A DNA stretch of 64,000 bases. Origin: Octopus vulgaris. Lineage: Eukaryota. Of this stretch, positions 1-14,010 are shown piece by piece. Every line of letters begins with the position of its first letter. Position 1 is the stretch's first letter. A program made the position numbers and the translations under genes. The notes under the pieces were generated by a model. It was not told where the DNA came from and did no database searches. It was given only the letters and a program-made list of their open reading frames with translations. The stretch lies in NCBI GenBank assembly GCA_951406725.2, contig OX597827.1, positions 2,170,001 through 2,234,000 of the forward strand, in the 5' to 3' direction.

Positions 1-644
1 GCGCCTGTTTGTCCCTGCGACGTGACGAGGGTAGTAGTGAGAGGAGGATGTAATGAGGGAGATACGAGTAAAAGTGAGGCGAGGTGGTCAGGTGAAGTGA
101 GGGAGGGCTAAGGAGGAGCGATGTGTGATAGTAGCGATGGTAATGCTGACGGTGATGATGGTGATGATGGTGATGATGATGGTGATGATGGTGATGATGA
201 TGATGATGGTGATGGTGATGAATCTACATGAAGGCGTTGGTCATATTGGTGTTGGCGCAGTTGATGGTAATACTGTTGTTGTTGTCGTTATTATTGTTTA
301 ATCACAAGTTGACCCTAAAACGCGCAACTTATGATCAAAGTCTCTCTAAGTGTGACCATCCACACTTTTACTGGTTTACGTTTTCTGAAGTGGACTTGCT
401 TCCGAGACAGTAGAGCCTGATAAGAAGCAGATTTGGGTAACATCAACCAATGCAGCCAAAAACTAGTTGACAAAATAACCCAAAACGCTCCTCCCGTGAT
501 CATCCCTCCTTTATGTACGTTCGTAAAAGATTGACAAAGCGATTCTTCTTCTAAGATATTAAAACTGATGTGATTCTAGGAGACTCGACCCTTATTTCTA
601 GCAAAACTAACAACCATGTAGAAGCACCTTTCTATTATCATTTA

Positions 645-1245
645 TCTTTTACTCGTTTCTCGTCTCAGTCATTAGACTGCGGCCATGCTGGGGCACCAGC
701 TTGAAGAGTTTAGTCAAACAAATCAACTCCAGATGTTTTCTTTTTTGTTGTTTCAAGTCTGGAATTTGTTCCAGCAATCACTAAATTACGATGCCGTAAA
801 CAAACCAATTCCAACTCTCGAGGGACGTGGGGTATATACACAAACACATAAACACATATTTATACCATACATACATATATACATACATACAAGAATACCC
901 TGTTGTTAAATGAAGGAGCCTTGGATCTAGGTTAGAAACCGGTCCCTTTTCTATTGGCAAGAAATCTTGAAATAAAACTGAATAATGACATCCATGCCTA
1001 CATAAAAAAAAAAACCGTGGATGTTGAAATTCCAATGAAGCAGCCTTGAATCTAGGTTAGAAATCGTTTTTTTTTTCTCTATTGGCAAGAAATCCTGAAA
1101 TAAAACTAAACAATGCCATACATACGATGGGTTTTCGCACAAATTCCGTCTATCTAGGGCTATTGTAAAAGATATTTGCCCGTAACACAATGGGGCCGAG
1201 CCTAAATTCACGTAGTTGCAAAGCGAAACTTTTAACCACACAACA
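645..1245 (-). mobile_element. SINE family A copy, split by an insertion in its internal microsatellite
   Basis: 645-860 matches the reverse complement of the family-A tail (cagtcattagactgcggccatgctggggcacc); 1125-1245 matches a degenerate head. Compare 41925-42416. Confidence 0.6.
891..1124 (+). repeat. Two tandem copies of a ~110-bp unclassified element, each ending in CATA-like repeats
   Basis: aatgaagSagccttgRatctaggttagaaa...ctattggcaagaaatcYtgaaataaaact occurs at ~908-980 and ~1033-1108. Confidence 0.75.
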
Positions 1246-1339
1246 ATGGACTTGTTACTTTGATTCTAATTACTGGTACGGCTACTGCTGCTGTTTTGCC
1301 TAGGTCTTCCTTGAATAAAGGTATTACTTCTATCATGAC

Positions 1340-1600
1340 CTCGTTAGCACACCGAGGAAAATGCTTAGCGGCATTCCGTCTGTCTTCGTGTTTTGAGTTC
1401 GAGTTTTGTAGAAGTCCACTTTGCTTTCATCTTTTGGGATCCGATAGAAAAAGTTGGGGTCAATGTAATTAACTTATTCCTTCCCTGAAATTACTGGCCT
1501 TGGACCAAAATTTGAAATTATTAATATTCTTAGGCAGCGAGAATCGTTAGCACGTTTGTCTTTACGTTCTGAGTTCAAATTCCGTAGAGGTCCGCTTTGC
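1340..1600 (+). mobile_element. SINE family B, degenerate copy plus a second partial head
   Basis: cgttagcac...aaatgcttagcggcatt...gagttc...ctttgctttcatccttt; same as 34777 and 54410. Confidence 0.65.
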
Positions 1601-1605
1601 CTCAA

Positions 1606-1649
<44 letters not shown>

Positions 1650-2429
1650 CTATGGCATGCATCCCTCACTTACTATCTACAAAATTTGCTCACAAGTTAT
1701 TGGTTGGCTTGAAATTATGGAAAAAGACACGTGCCCAAGGTCGCGTAACGCAGTTCTAGGCAACTTGTAGGCCGTGGGGCTTTCTCAGTGACATTCAAAA
1801 ATTGCCTGAAATTGCGATTATTTCTTTTTCCTTCTTTTTAAAACTTTTGTAGAAAAGAGCCATGCATCATGTGACCCACAGCTCAAAATAGTTAGCCCTA
1901 CACAGTAGCGTCTCTACAGATGTTGCTTAGCGACAGACGAGCCATAGTGGTGATGGTGATTGTGGTGGCGGTGGTGTGAATGGGTGGGTGGGGTTGTGTT
2001 GATGAGGATTCTGGCGGATGTCTTGGGAAAAGACGAATGGTTGGGCGGCGAGTGGGAAGGTTGGTGCCAACGGGGGAGGGGGAGAGAAAAGGGATGGAGA
2101 GGGGAAGGATGAGTGGAAACGTATTTTATCTACGACATACCGTTGGTAATGTGATGAGCTTGTCGTAAATTAGTTGCACGTGCGGTTGACTAGCAGCACA
2201 CGCCTTTGTCTGGATGTATATGTGCGGCGGTTTGTGCGTGCATGTGTGTATGTAGAGATGGAAGGATAAATGTATGTGTGTGTGTGTGTGTTCATGCGTG
2301 TTTATGTTTGTGTCTGTGTATGTGTATATATATATATATATGTGGATTATAGAAGTGCTAGAAGATATAATTACATATACATTCACACCTCAAACATGAA
2401 GACGTTTTAATCATGTATGTGTTTATATA

Positions 2430-2470
<41 letters not shown>

Positions 2471-2661
2471 TCACAAAGAGAGAGAGAGAGAGGGGGATAA
2501 TAGATGGATAGATAGATAGGTAGGTAGGTAGATAGACAGATAGATAGATTACAAACACACACACACACACACTAAAGAACAACATTCATTCTAATTCCCT
2601 CATGAGTACATATATATACACAAACAATTAATATTCATATGCTCAGATGTTACATGCATAT

Positions 2662-2749
<88 letters not shown>

Positions 2750-2820
2750 TATTCATTCATCTATCTGTCTATCAACCTATCTATCTACCTATCTGTCTAT
2801 CTATCTATTTATCTCTTTCT

Positions 2821-2887
<67 letters not shown>

Positions 2888-4149
2888 GAGAAAGAGAGAG
2901 AGACACACACACACACACATAAATACACGTACGGACAAATGAAGATTTATGGATGTATGTATGCATGCATGCATGTATGTCTGTTTGTATGTGTGTATGC
3001 GTATATGATTATGCTTCATAATCCATCGTGTTTGCTCGAAAATAGGTATAAAGGTCTGGCTGAGAAAAGATCTCTTTTGACATAGATTTGTGATGATGAA
3101 ATAAGCTCGATGGTTCTTCAACGTTCCTTTGTTCACGTTTAAAGGTTTTGTTGCATGTGCGTCTGTGTGTATGTGTATAGCTATGCGTGTGTCTATGTTT
3201 GCGGCTCCATGCATTTAGGAACGCATACAGACACACACACATATACATACATATACATATCAATGCATAACTTATATATATATCTATACATACATGTACA
3301 TATATATAAAGTTTGAGAGAGAGAGTGACATGTGTATATCTATATCACACTCTCTCTCTCTATATATATATATGTATTTTTACCTCTATACAACATCTGC
3401 ATGTATACATCTATACACACGCGCTCGCACACACACACACACACACACACGTATCTACAGATAGATATGTATGTATACATATAAACATATGTATATATGT
3501 ACACATACATACACATATATATTTATATATATATGCATATATATGTAAATATATATGTAAATATATATGTAAATATATATGTAAATATATATGTATATAT
3601 ATATGTATATATATGTATATATATGTAAATATATATGTATATATATGTATATGTATATAGATATAGATATATATTAGCGTTAATTACCTATTTGTATACT
3701 GTTTACAGACTTCATGTGTTCACATATACATTAACACAGATGCGCATTCTTACACACACACACACGTACGCATACACACACACACACATAAACACGCGTA
3801 CACACACACACACACACACATACACACATACACACACACGTACACAAACACAGAGTCAACTGCATTGGTAGAATTAGGTTTTGAGGACAAAGGAATCTAT
3901 CTACAGAGCAGAAACCCCTTTGGCTAGGGAATAGATAGAAGGGAGTTGGATGGGAAGAGTAGGTTGGGGAGTGGGGAGTTACCAGGGGCTGGCCCCATAG
4001 CACGTGCTTCGCACGCTTACAGGATGCTCGTTTCGCCACCGCCCCTCCGTCGCACGAAATGTATCCTTTATCAGGGAGACTGGTAAAAGACGTATTGGCT
4101 GGAGTAAACATTTCAATTATAAAAGCCAGACATTCAATATGGGAAATAC

Positions 4150-4212
<63 letters not shown>

Positions 4213-4497
4213 TGTGTGCGAGCGCGTGTGTAAGAAAATGAAATATGGCATATGCTGCGTATCACCTCTAGTCGTTTTTTTTTTTCCTTCTGGGTATTTT
4301 CTTTGTCTCGAATCTGATTCTCCCTGTCACATCCATTTACTCTCCCTGTCTCTGTCTCTGTCTCTCTCTCTCTTCCTCACTGTTTGGAAGAAACCAGAAA
4401 AGAAGACAGAGAGAGAGAGAGAAAGTTTCATATCTCAATATACATCAACATACATACATGCCGTTATACTCTTGAGTATGTATGATATGTTCAGATA

Positions 4498-4563
<66 letters not shown>

Positions 4564-4633
4564 AAATACATGATATATATATATATATTGTGTGTGTGTG
4601 TTGTGTGTGTGTGTGTCATATATATATATATAA

Positions 4634-4738
4634 ATGGGACAACAAAATATCCAGATAGACGATACAAAAAAAACAAGAACGGGTCATTCAAAGCTTTCTA
4701 TCCTCAGTCAAAAACCGGATCATCCTCAAAATTTCATC
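4634..4738 (-). repeat. Short (TA)n-embedded dispersed element, possibly a Penelope-like terminal repeat
   Basis: Homologous to 6075-6198 and to the reverse complement of 38058-38225; flanked by (TA)n. Confidence 0.6.
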
Positions 4739-4750
4739 TATATATATGTA

Positions 4751-4818
<68 letters not shown>

Positions 4819-4868
4819 TGTGTGAGTGCGTGCGTTTATTTATATTTATTTTCATACGAATGTACGTG

Positions 4869-4921
<53 letters not shown>

Positions 4922-5124
4922 CATGCGTGTGTGTGTACGTAAGTGCAAGTGCAAAATGCGTCAGCAGTTTGGAAGGGCTGCAAAATTTCACGGGCACTGC
5001 CCTTCTATATTGTGTAAATTATAGAACACATATAGTATTTAAGTAAATAGCATGCATTTACAAACATACACACACCTTGGTGCATGTGAACGTGTATATG
5101 CTTAATTATGTCTGTACACACACA

Positions 5125-5165
<41 letters not shown>

Positions 5166-5197
5166 ATATAACAGATAGATAGATAGATAGATAGTTG

Positions 5198-5238
<41 letters not shown>

Positions 5239-5260
5239 TTATATATATATATATATATAT

Positions 5261-5300
<40 letters not shown>

Positions 5301-5349
5301 GTAAATAAATAAATGCACGGATACCTCTCTTTCTATATATTACTATCTA

Positions 5350-5384
<35 letters not shown>

Positions 5385-5669
5385 CAACATGAAATGAGCT
5401 GTGTGAGGTAATTCAGAATATATGTAAAAGTAACCTAGAAAAGGGCAGATATATCAAATGCCGAGCGACATAAGTTCCTGACTTATTAAAACTACCTCCG
5501 CCCCAAGAGGATATATACATAAAGCTCGTTTTTATGTTTTTGTTTTCTATGTTCTCGTTTCTCATTTTGTCTACGTTTTTTTTTATGTGTTGTACCCATA
5601 AATGCATGTGTATATACCTATATATGTTGGTATGTACATATATGCATGTATATATGCATATATCTATAT

Positions 5670-5720
<51 letters not shown>

Positions 5721-5721
5721 G

Positions 5722-5772
<51 letters not shown>

Positions 5773-6024
5773 GTGTAAGTATAATATATATATATATATA
5801 CTTTCATCAATAAAAAACACGTCTGAAACGGCTGTAATGGACCTCAGCCTTTCTCTCCTATTTTTTATAGGATGCAAAGAGCGCTGCTCACGCAGTAACA
5901 CGTGTTATTGGCTTATAAAAACATTTAATATACTTTATTGTATATTATGGTTGCATAACGAAATCCCACGTACATATATATCATTACTACATATATATAT
6001 ATATATATAGTATATACGTATATA

Positions 6025-6074
<50 letters not shown>

Positions 6075-6198
6075 GTAAAAAAATACAAACTGGGACAAGA
6101 ACGCAAAACATTTAGAAGACGATACAACAAACACGGACGGGACATTCGAAGCCTTCAATCTTCAGTCAAGAACGGGATTATCCTCGCAATTTCGGCTG
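6075..6198 (-). repeat. Short (TA)n-embedded dispersed element, same family as 4634 and 38058
   Basis: gggacaagaacgcaaaacat...cttcagtcaagaacgggattatcctcgcaatttcggctg. Confidence 0.6.
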
Positions 6199-6224
6199 TA
6201 TATATATATCTTTTAATCATTCTT

Positions 6225-6339
6225 TTTTAAAGTCCAGGACTTATTCTCTCGGTCTGTTTTGCCGAACTGCTTTGTTACGGGATCTAAACGCACCAACACC
6301 ATTCCTCATGTGGTGGTAGTGAACAAATACAGGCATAAG

Positions 6340-6404
<65 letters not shown>

Positions 6405-6503
6405 TAGATTCGAATACATTTACCTAAGGTAACACACAGTGGGATTGAACCTGGAACTGTGTCGTTGTAAAGGAAGCTTCTTAGCACACAGCCACACCTG
6501 CAG

Positions 6504-6505
<2 letters not shown>
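6225..6505 (-). mobile_element. SINE family A, internally deleted copy
   Basis: caggacttattctc...tttgccgaactgc...(CA)n...cagtgggattgaacctggaac...cacacagccacacctgc. Confidence 0.7.
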
Positions 6506-6545
<40 letters not shown>

Positions 6546-6607
6546 ATACATATATATATATTTATATATATATATATATATCCATACATATATATATATA
6601 TATATAT

Positions 6608-6691
<84 letters not shown>

Positions 6692-8621
6692 CGCACGGAC
6701 ATAAGCATTCTTATATCAAGGTAGCACGTACGTATTTCATTTTGGTTTTATGTTTGAATGTTTGTGTATATATGTGTACTGTGCATGTGTATGTGTATGC
6801 GTATGAGTGTTGGTCTTTGTTTGTCCTTGTATCTCTGCGCATGCAAGGTGTTGTACAGACGAGTTCTTTCTTGACTCAGCGTAGTCAGAGTTACAGATCA
6901 ATGTGTATGATTAGCTTCCATTGACTTTAAATAAGATGAAATGACAAACACAAAGACCTAGTGTGTGTCATTGCGGGAATTCTATACATGTCTGTATATT
7001 GTTTAATGAAGTGTGTACATATGTGTTTATGCGTGCATTGGTGGGTGGCGGTGGTGGGGAGGCCTGAACAATGATGGTTTATAAAAATGAGAGTCAGTTT
7101 GGAGTCAAAAGCAAGTATACAGTATGAATTATGGATTAGTCATTGAAGACTGTATGTATGTATATATATATATATGTGTATGTGTGTGTATATGTATATA
7201 TATGTATATATATATATAGATAGATATAGATATAGATATAGATATAGATATATATATGTGTGTGTATGTATGTATGTATAAATGTATGTATGTACGTGCG
7301 TATATATACATATGTGTGTGTATGCATACATATATACGAGTTTGTATGAATACATGTGTGTATGTTTATATGTATGTGCACATATGTGTGGTGCATGAGT
7401 ATATGTATGTATGCAGGTATGTATGTACGTATGCATTTGTGCATGTGTGCATGTATGTAAGTCTAAATTTTAAATACATTTATAACAAAATTTCATAAAC
7501 GCGACAACGGATACGGATCTAGTTTCATTTTAAAGAACATGTAACCAGAACGTGTTAATCAATCGTATTTTTAGTACGTAATTATGTCATCATTTAATTT
7601 AAGAGTATTTATTAATTACTTTTTATGTGGTTATTTATTGTGTGATAAGCTGAACGTTTTGAACGATTAAGCGATATTTGAGCTGGGTTTCACCACAACC
7701 GTTTTCGATTATTGTTAGGCTCTAAGGTAATCTTTACAAATCGATTAAAAGTATTCTTTTATTCGTTTTTTATGTTTCATCCCTAACGCTGTGGCCATTT
7801 CAGTTGTATATTTTATTGTTCAGAATATTTTATGGTTTAGTATTGAAAGAAGGCAGTACTACAGCTTTGCTGATGATACCAAGCAAGGCAGAAACAAATA
7901 AAAGCGAAACAAACTATTTCTTCCTCGATGGCATGTCAGTTGCGAGGGATCCTTGATCGTTGAAAAAATGTGTATGTTTTGTTTTGAGTCTGTTACAGTT
8001 GCCATCGGGCGTTCACTTTGCTTCACTGGAAGGGAAGATCATTTCTATAATTCAAGAATTTATATATGGTACGCTGTACTTTTGTTCGTCCTATGTACAT
8101 TTATATACATACATAGATATACACATACATAAATGCATAGATATATTCACACACACACACACACACATATATTCATAAGGTAGTGCTCCAGCATGGCAGC
8201 AGTCCATCAACTGAAACCACAAAAAAATAATAGAATAAAAGTATATATATTGATTTCTCTTAGGCGTTGCGATCGCAATAACCTGTTGTTAGAATTTCAT
8301 ATAGAGAGGCTTTAGAGGAAAGCGTTAGGAGAGTATATAGTGTAATATTAATTACTGAATGACAAGGAAACAGAAGTCACGTAATCAAATTCATTAGTTT
8401 ACAGTTGTTACAATCCTATAGGTTCCTCTGAGCTACGAAAATTCGCTAAGGTCTGAACGCATGCTTATTATGACAGAAACAGCTGTAACACAATTCGAAT
8501 GGTACGTAACTTATGTTCTTTCGTCTCTCTTTCTTTCTCTCACTCACACATACACAGACACGCACACACGCACACAGACACACTCACACGCACACACACA
8601 CACGCACACACACATATATAT

Positions 8622-8668
<47 letters not shown>

Positions 8669-8834
8669 GATATATATATCGTTTTTGCGTTTGCTCTCAA
8701 CTCCGCTTGACAGCCAGCATTAATTATATCTCTGCACATGGTGGTTCGGCCAAAGGAGCGGATAGAATAAGTATCAGACTTTAAGAGTCGATTTGTTACA
8801 CTCCACTATAAATCCCGATTTCCTAACATATAAA

Positions 8835-9016
8835 TTCCCCACCTGGAAAGGACGCCGGTTCATCACAGAATTGCTCACCTTTGCCAGTTGAGTGGGCTGG
8901 AGCAACGTGAAATGAAGTATTTCGCTCAAGAACACAACGCGTCGTTAGGTCCAGGAATCGAACCACAATCTTACGATCATGTGTTAGACACCCTAAGCAC
9001 TAAGCCACCTGCCTCC
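8835..9016 (-). mobile_element. SINE family C with tail type 3
   Basis: ctggagcaacgtgaaatgaagt...ctcaagaacacaacgcgtcg...ggtccaggaatcgaaccacaatcttacgatc; tRNA-like A/B boxes on the minus strand. Confidence 0.75.
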
Positions 9017-9440
9017 TCATGAGCAGTCAAGAAGTCAGAAAAAATTGACTGCAATAGGTTCTGTAAGTCGCTGGCAGGATTCAAGTGCCATTTTTGTTCT
9101 CACAGCGTATAATGCTGTGGTACACTTAATATTCGTTAACGAGTCAAAAGCCACCATGTATGTTTGCATGTTATTATGTGTACTTATCTCTTTTATCTGG
9201 AACTTGAGTGAATCTGAGATGCTATGTCTAGCAATCTAACCACAGCAGAGTCAATGGTTCTAAACTGGGAGCCGTATGGCATTTGGGGGTCCTTATAAGA
9301 TTTTGTTGTTATAAGTCTTATAATGTTATACTTCTACAATACACAAAATATATTAATATTTTTATGCGATTCTTAATAATATTTATTTCGCTTTTGGATT
9401 TGATTTGCAAGATTCTTTATGTAAGTTCATGTATTGAATC

Positions 9441-9740
9441 ATATTCTGTTGTGTCTGGGGAAAGTGATTCTCGTTTAGTGCCTTATAATTTAACACACTC
9501 ACCGGTAAAATTTCCACTCATTTACTTATTTATTTTTCTAAAATTTTTGTTGCGTCTTGCAACCTTTTAACTGAAATGGTTGCAAGACGCAACGAAAATT
9601 TTAGGTAAATAAAAATAAGAAATAAGTGAAAATTTTACCGGTGAGTGTGTTAAATTATAAGGCACTAAAAGATATTTATTTATTAGAAAGGCACTAAGGC
9701 AGTAAAAGAGAATCGCTCTCCCCAGACACAACATAATAAT
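9441..9740. repeat. Long imperfect palindrome (~120-bp arms)
   Basis: 9447-9564 is the reverse complement of 9578-9733, apart from a ~38-bp insertion in the right arm. Confidence 0.9.
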
Positions 9741-9884
9741 ATTTAATTATGAAAATGCAATAAATTTTATTTACATACACCGAATGTCTATTGAGGTCCA
9801 GTATTAAGGATCGAAGTGTATCAATAGACAAAAGTTGACTAAGAAGCAGTTTCTTGTTTCCCACGAGTGTGGACGTGTGTGCGT

Positions 9885-10196
9885 GAAGGCGCGTGGTTTA
9901 GTGGTTAGGGTATTCGGTTCACGGTCGTGAGTTCAATTTCCGGCGACGCGTTGTGTTCTTCAACAAGACTCTTTATTCCACATTGCTCCAATTCACTCAG
10001 CTGTAGAAATGAGTGGCAACTGTATTTCAAAGGGCCAGCCTTGTTACACTCTGTGTCGCACTGAAAAGCCCTAAGGACGACGTTAAGGGTACACGTGTCT
10101 GTGGAGGGCTCAGCCACTTGCATGTTTATTTACCAGCAGGCTGTTCAGTTCATCGGATCAGTTGGGACCCTCGTCGTCGTAACCGACGGAGTGCTA
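9885..10196 (+). mobile_element. SINE family C with tail type 1, near full length
   Basis: gaaggcgcgtggtttagtggttag (A box)...gagttcaatttcc (B box)...ttgtgttcttcaacaag...cgtcgtcgtaaccgacggagtgc. Confidence 0.85.
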
Positions 10197-10580
10197 CTAT
10201 GTGCGTATGAGTGAATGTGTGGGTGCGTGTTTGTGTGTGTGAGCGTGTTTGTGTGTGTGTGCGTACCTGTGTGCGTATGTGAGAGCGAGAGAGAGAGAGA
10301 GAGAGAGAGAGTGCTTGTATCTGCAAGTGTGTCCCTCATTTCAAGGTAGATAGCGAGAAGGAATCTATAATCAATGAGCTTACAGGTAAAAAAAAAATGT
10401 AATGAAGCTGACAATGGCTATAAACGTTGGTTGGAGTTTGTGGATGATTAACAAAATACGAAGAGGGTGGGGACAGGGTTGGGGAAGTCTATGTAGGACA
10501 GGTGTGTAGCTTTCTGATGTGCACAACTGTATGAGTCTGTATGCATTTATGTGCAAGGGTGCGAATAAATATACACACAC

Positions 10581-11390
<810 letters not shown>

Positions 11391-11787
11391 TCACCAAGCT
11401 GTTTGTTAATAAAGATGAATGCCCTAAGGAAACGGAATGAAATTTACCTTTTTTTGTTTTTAATTTATTTTACTTTTTTTTACCTCATTGATTGAAGCGA
11501 TCGCTTTCCCGCTAATTTCTATCTTGTACTACAATTTCCAGCATGGTGTGATCAAAAACTGCGCACAACAGTAGCCATGTTTTTTCACGTCTGTTGTGTA
11601 TGTATTTACACATTGAAGCCTACGATTTCAAGGATGTTTACTGGGCAAGAACTGTATATGTGTTTGATGTATAATAAGCGACATCTTTGTTTTCAATTTA
11701 TCGTTGTTGTGTTTCACCCCCTTCCTCATACTATGATATATTATATTATATTATGTTACGTTATATCATATATATATATATATATAT

Positions 11788-11849
<62 letters not shown>

Positions 11850-11850
<1 letters not shown>

Positions 11851-12250
11851 CAACAGAGTAAGCACATAAATGCGAAACAAGGTGGAAAAAATAGTACTCG
11901 AATATCACAGGCAGAGTAATAGACTTTATTAAAACGCAGTATAAATATCACTTTTATAAAATATCAATATGTTACTCAGAGTTTCACGTGCCCGTTCGTC
12001 GGACAGTTTTGTTTGATAATAAAGTATATATATATATATATAGTTAATCCAAACATGAAAGCGCAAAAAACACAACAACGCGAGGACGTGGAACAAATAT
12101 AATATTATTGGACGCTCAGGAAAGAAGGAGGGCTTAACGTTTCGAGCGGAGCTCTTCGTCGGAAACATAGGAGAAGGAAAGATCCAAGATCCAGAGAAGG
12201 GAAGACAGAGGAAAAAAAATCGCCAACGCTATATACGAGGTCACATTTGA
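11850..12250 (-). mobile_element. Two adjacent Penelope-like terminal-repeat cassettes, each with a hammerhead-like core
   Basis: Minus strand reads CCGACGA-acg ggca cgt-GAAACTCTGAGTA (12006-11972) and CCGACGA-a-gagc tcc gctc-GAAACGTTA (12165-12134). A homologue of the second lies at 38430-38590. Confidence 0.55.
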
Positions 12251-12427
12251 TACATACATACATACATACATAAATACATACATACATACATACATACATA
12301 CATACATACATACATACATACATACATACATACATACATACATACATACATGCGTACATACACACATACATATTAAATATATATGCATATAATATATAGA
12401 GAGATTTGTATATATATATAGATATAT

Positions 12428-12699
12428 TGGGGACAGGTACCACACTCCCTTTTGAGGCTCTATGAATGCATTTCACTTCCAGTGCTAAGTCTTTGTACTT
12501 TTCAACTTTCTTGATCTCTGTCTTCAAAATTTTCTGGTCTACAGTTATAGCTACGTCAATGAAGGTCCATTCCTTTGACTTCTTCCGCAGGGAGAGTGAT
12601 ATCTAGTAAGTTATGTTGCAGCTTCTTACCTGTGTAGTTTAGCATATCCCACGCGAGTTTCACCTGGTCATTCTCTGCTTCTGGCAAATGTTGGTGCAA

Positions 12700-12763
<64 letters not shown>

Positions 12764-13390
12764 ACATACGACGACAAGGGTTCCAGCTGATCAGATCAAC
12801 GGAACATTTTGCTCGTGAAATTAACGTGCAAGTGACTGAGGACTCCACAGACACGCGTATCCTTAACGTTGTTCTCGGGGAGATACCGAGAGACAATGAG
12901 TGCGACAAGGTTGGCCCTTTGAAATACAGTTACTCGGACAGTTCCTTTGCCACAATGCCATTTTGGCATGACATTTTGCGTACTCTTTTGTGCCAGATTT
13001 GAGCATCCATTAATTTTAAGTCTGACTGTCTCATATGATTTTTCACTTAATCTACACAATAGTGATACTACAGTCTTATCAATGCTGCCTTTGATTCAGT
13101 TGATCCGTATAACTTGTTCTTGAACTGCAACTATCAATCTTATGCCTCCTTCTTTAAAAAAAATCTATGTTCTAATCATCTCCTGGATTTATTATTATGT
13201 TTGTTGGAAAAACTCTTCGTGTAGGACTTTCTCTTTCCAATTGAGGATCTTCCTTAGTTCCCATTTTGTACTCCTGGAGAGTCTCATCATTGTCACTGAT
13301 CACCTTCTCACTCGGTGTAGCCCGAAACATTCTTTCATTACTCTATCTAAGATACTCGTAGGCATGCAAGGACTTGGTCTTCTTTGTAAT
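12428..13390 (-). pseudogene. Decayed RLE-type non-LTR retrotransposon (R4/Dong-like), C-terminal region, interrupted by (CA)n and a SINE-C fragment
   Basis: Translated pieces LIVAVQEQVIR, CRLSEKSYETVRLKINGCSNLAQK, ENDQVKLAWD and KVEKYKDLALEV parallel the ORF at 21146-21961; stops and frameshifts present. Confidence 0.8.
12768..12932 (-). mobile_element. SINE family C tail-1 fragment nested in the LINE
   Basis: cgacgacaagggttccagctgatcagatcaacggaaca...gctcgtgaaattaacgtgcaagtg; the LINE reading resumes on both sides. Confidence 0.8.
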
Positions 13391-13577
13391 ACTATCCCCT
13401 ATTTCAATCCATTCACTTCCACCTTCCTTCCTGCTATTGTTGTTGTTGTTGTTGTTTCTGTTATACAAATGTGGTTTTGTTGACAGAATCCTTAGAGCTG
13501 TGGATAAAATTTCCGTTGCTATTAAATTACGCTACTTTCACATTTTGGGGTTTCAAATCTCGCTGCAGTCTTAGTCT

Positions 13578-14010
13578 ATCATCATCATCATCATCGTCAT
13601 CATCATCATCGTCGTCATCATCATCATCATCATCATCATCGTCATCGTCATCGTCAGCAGCAGCAGCAGTAGCAACAACAACAATAACAATTTTCCCGTC
13701 CTTTTTCTCTTCCTCTTCCTCTTCCTCCTCCTCCTCCTCAACAATGTCGTCGTCATCGTCGTCAACATCGTGTTAGCCAATCGTCATCGTCATCGTTCGT
13801 TGTTGTCATCGTCTCTGTCATCGTCATCCTCCTCCTCTTCCTCGTCGTCACCATCATCATCATCATTGTCATTATCATCATGGTTGCCGTCATCATCTTC
13901 CTCCTCCTCATCCTCCTCATCATCATCATCATCATGATCCTTATCATCATCATGGTTGTCGTCGTCGTCATCCACCTCCTCATCATCATCGTCATCATCA
14001 CCGTTTGCTA
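13578..14010. repeat. Compound trinucleotide tract (ATC/GTC/TCC)
   Basis: Direct reading. Confidence 0.95.
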
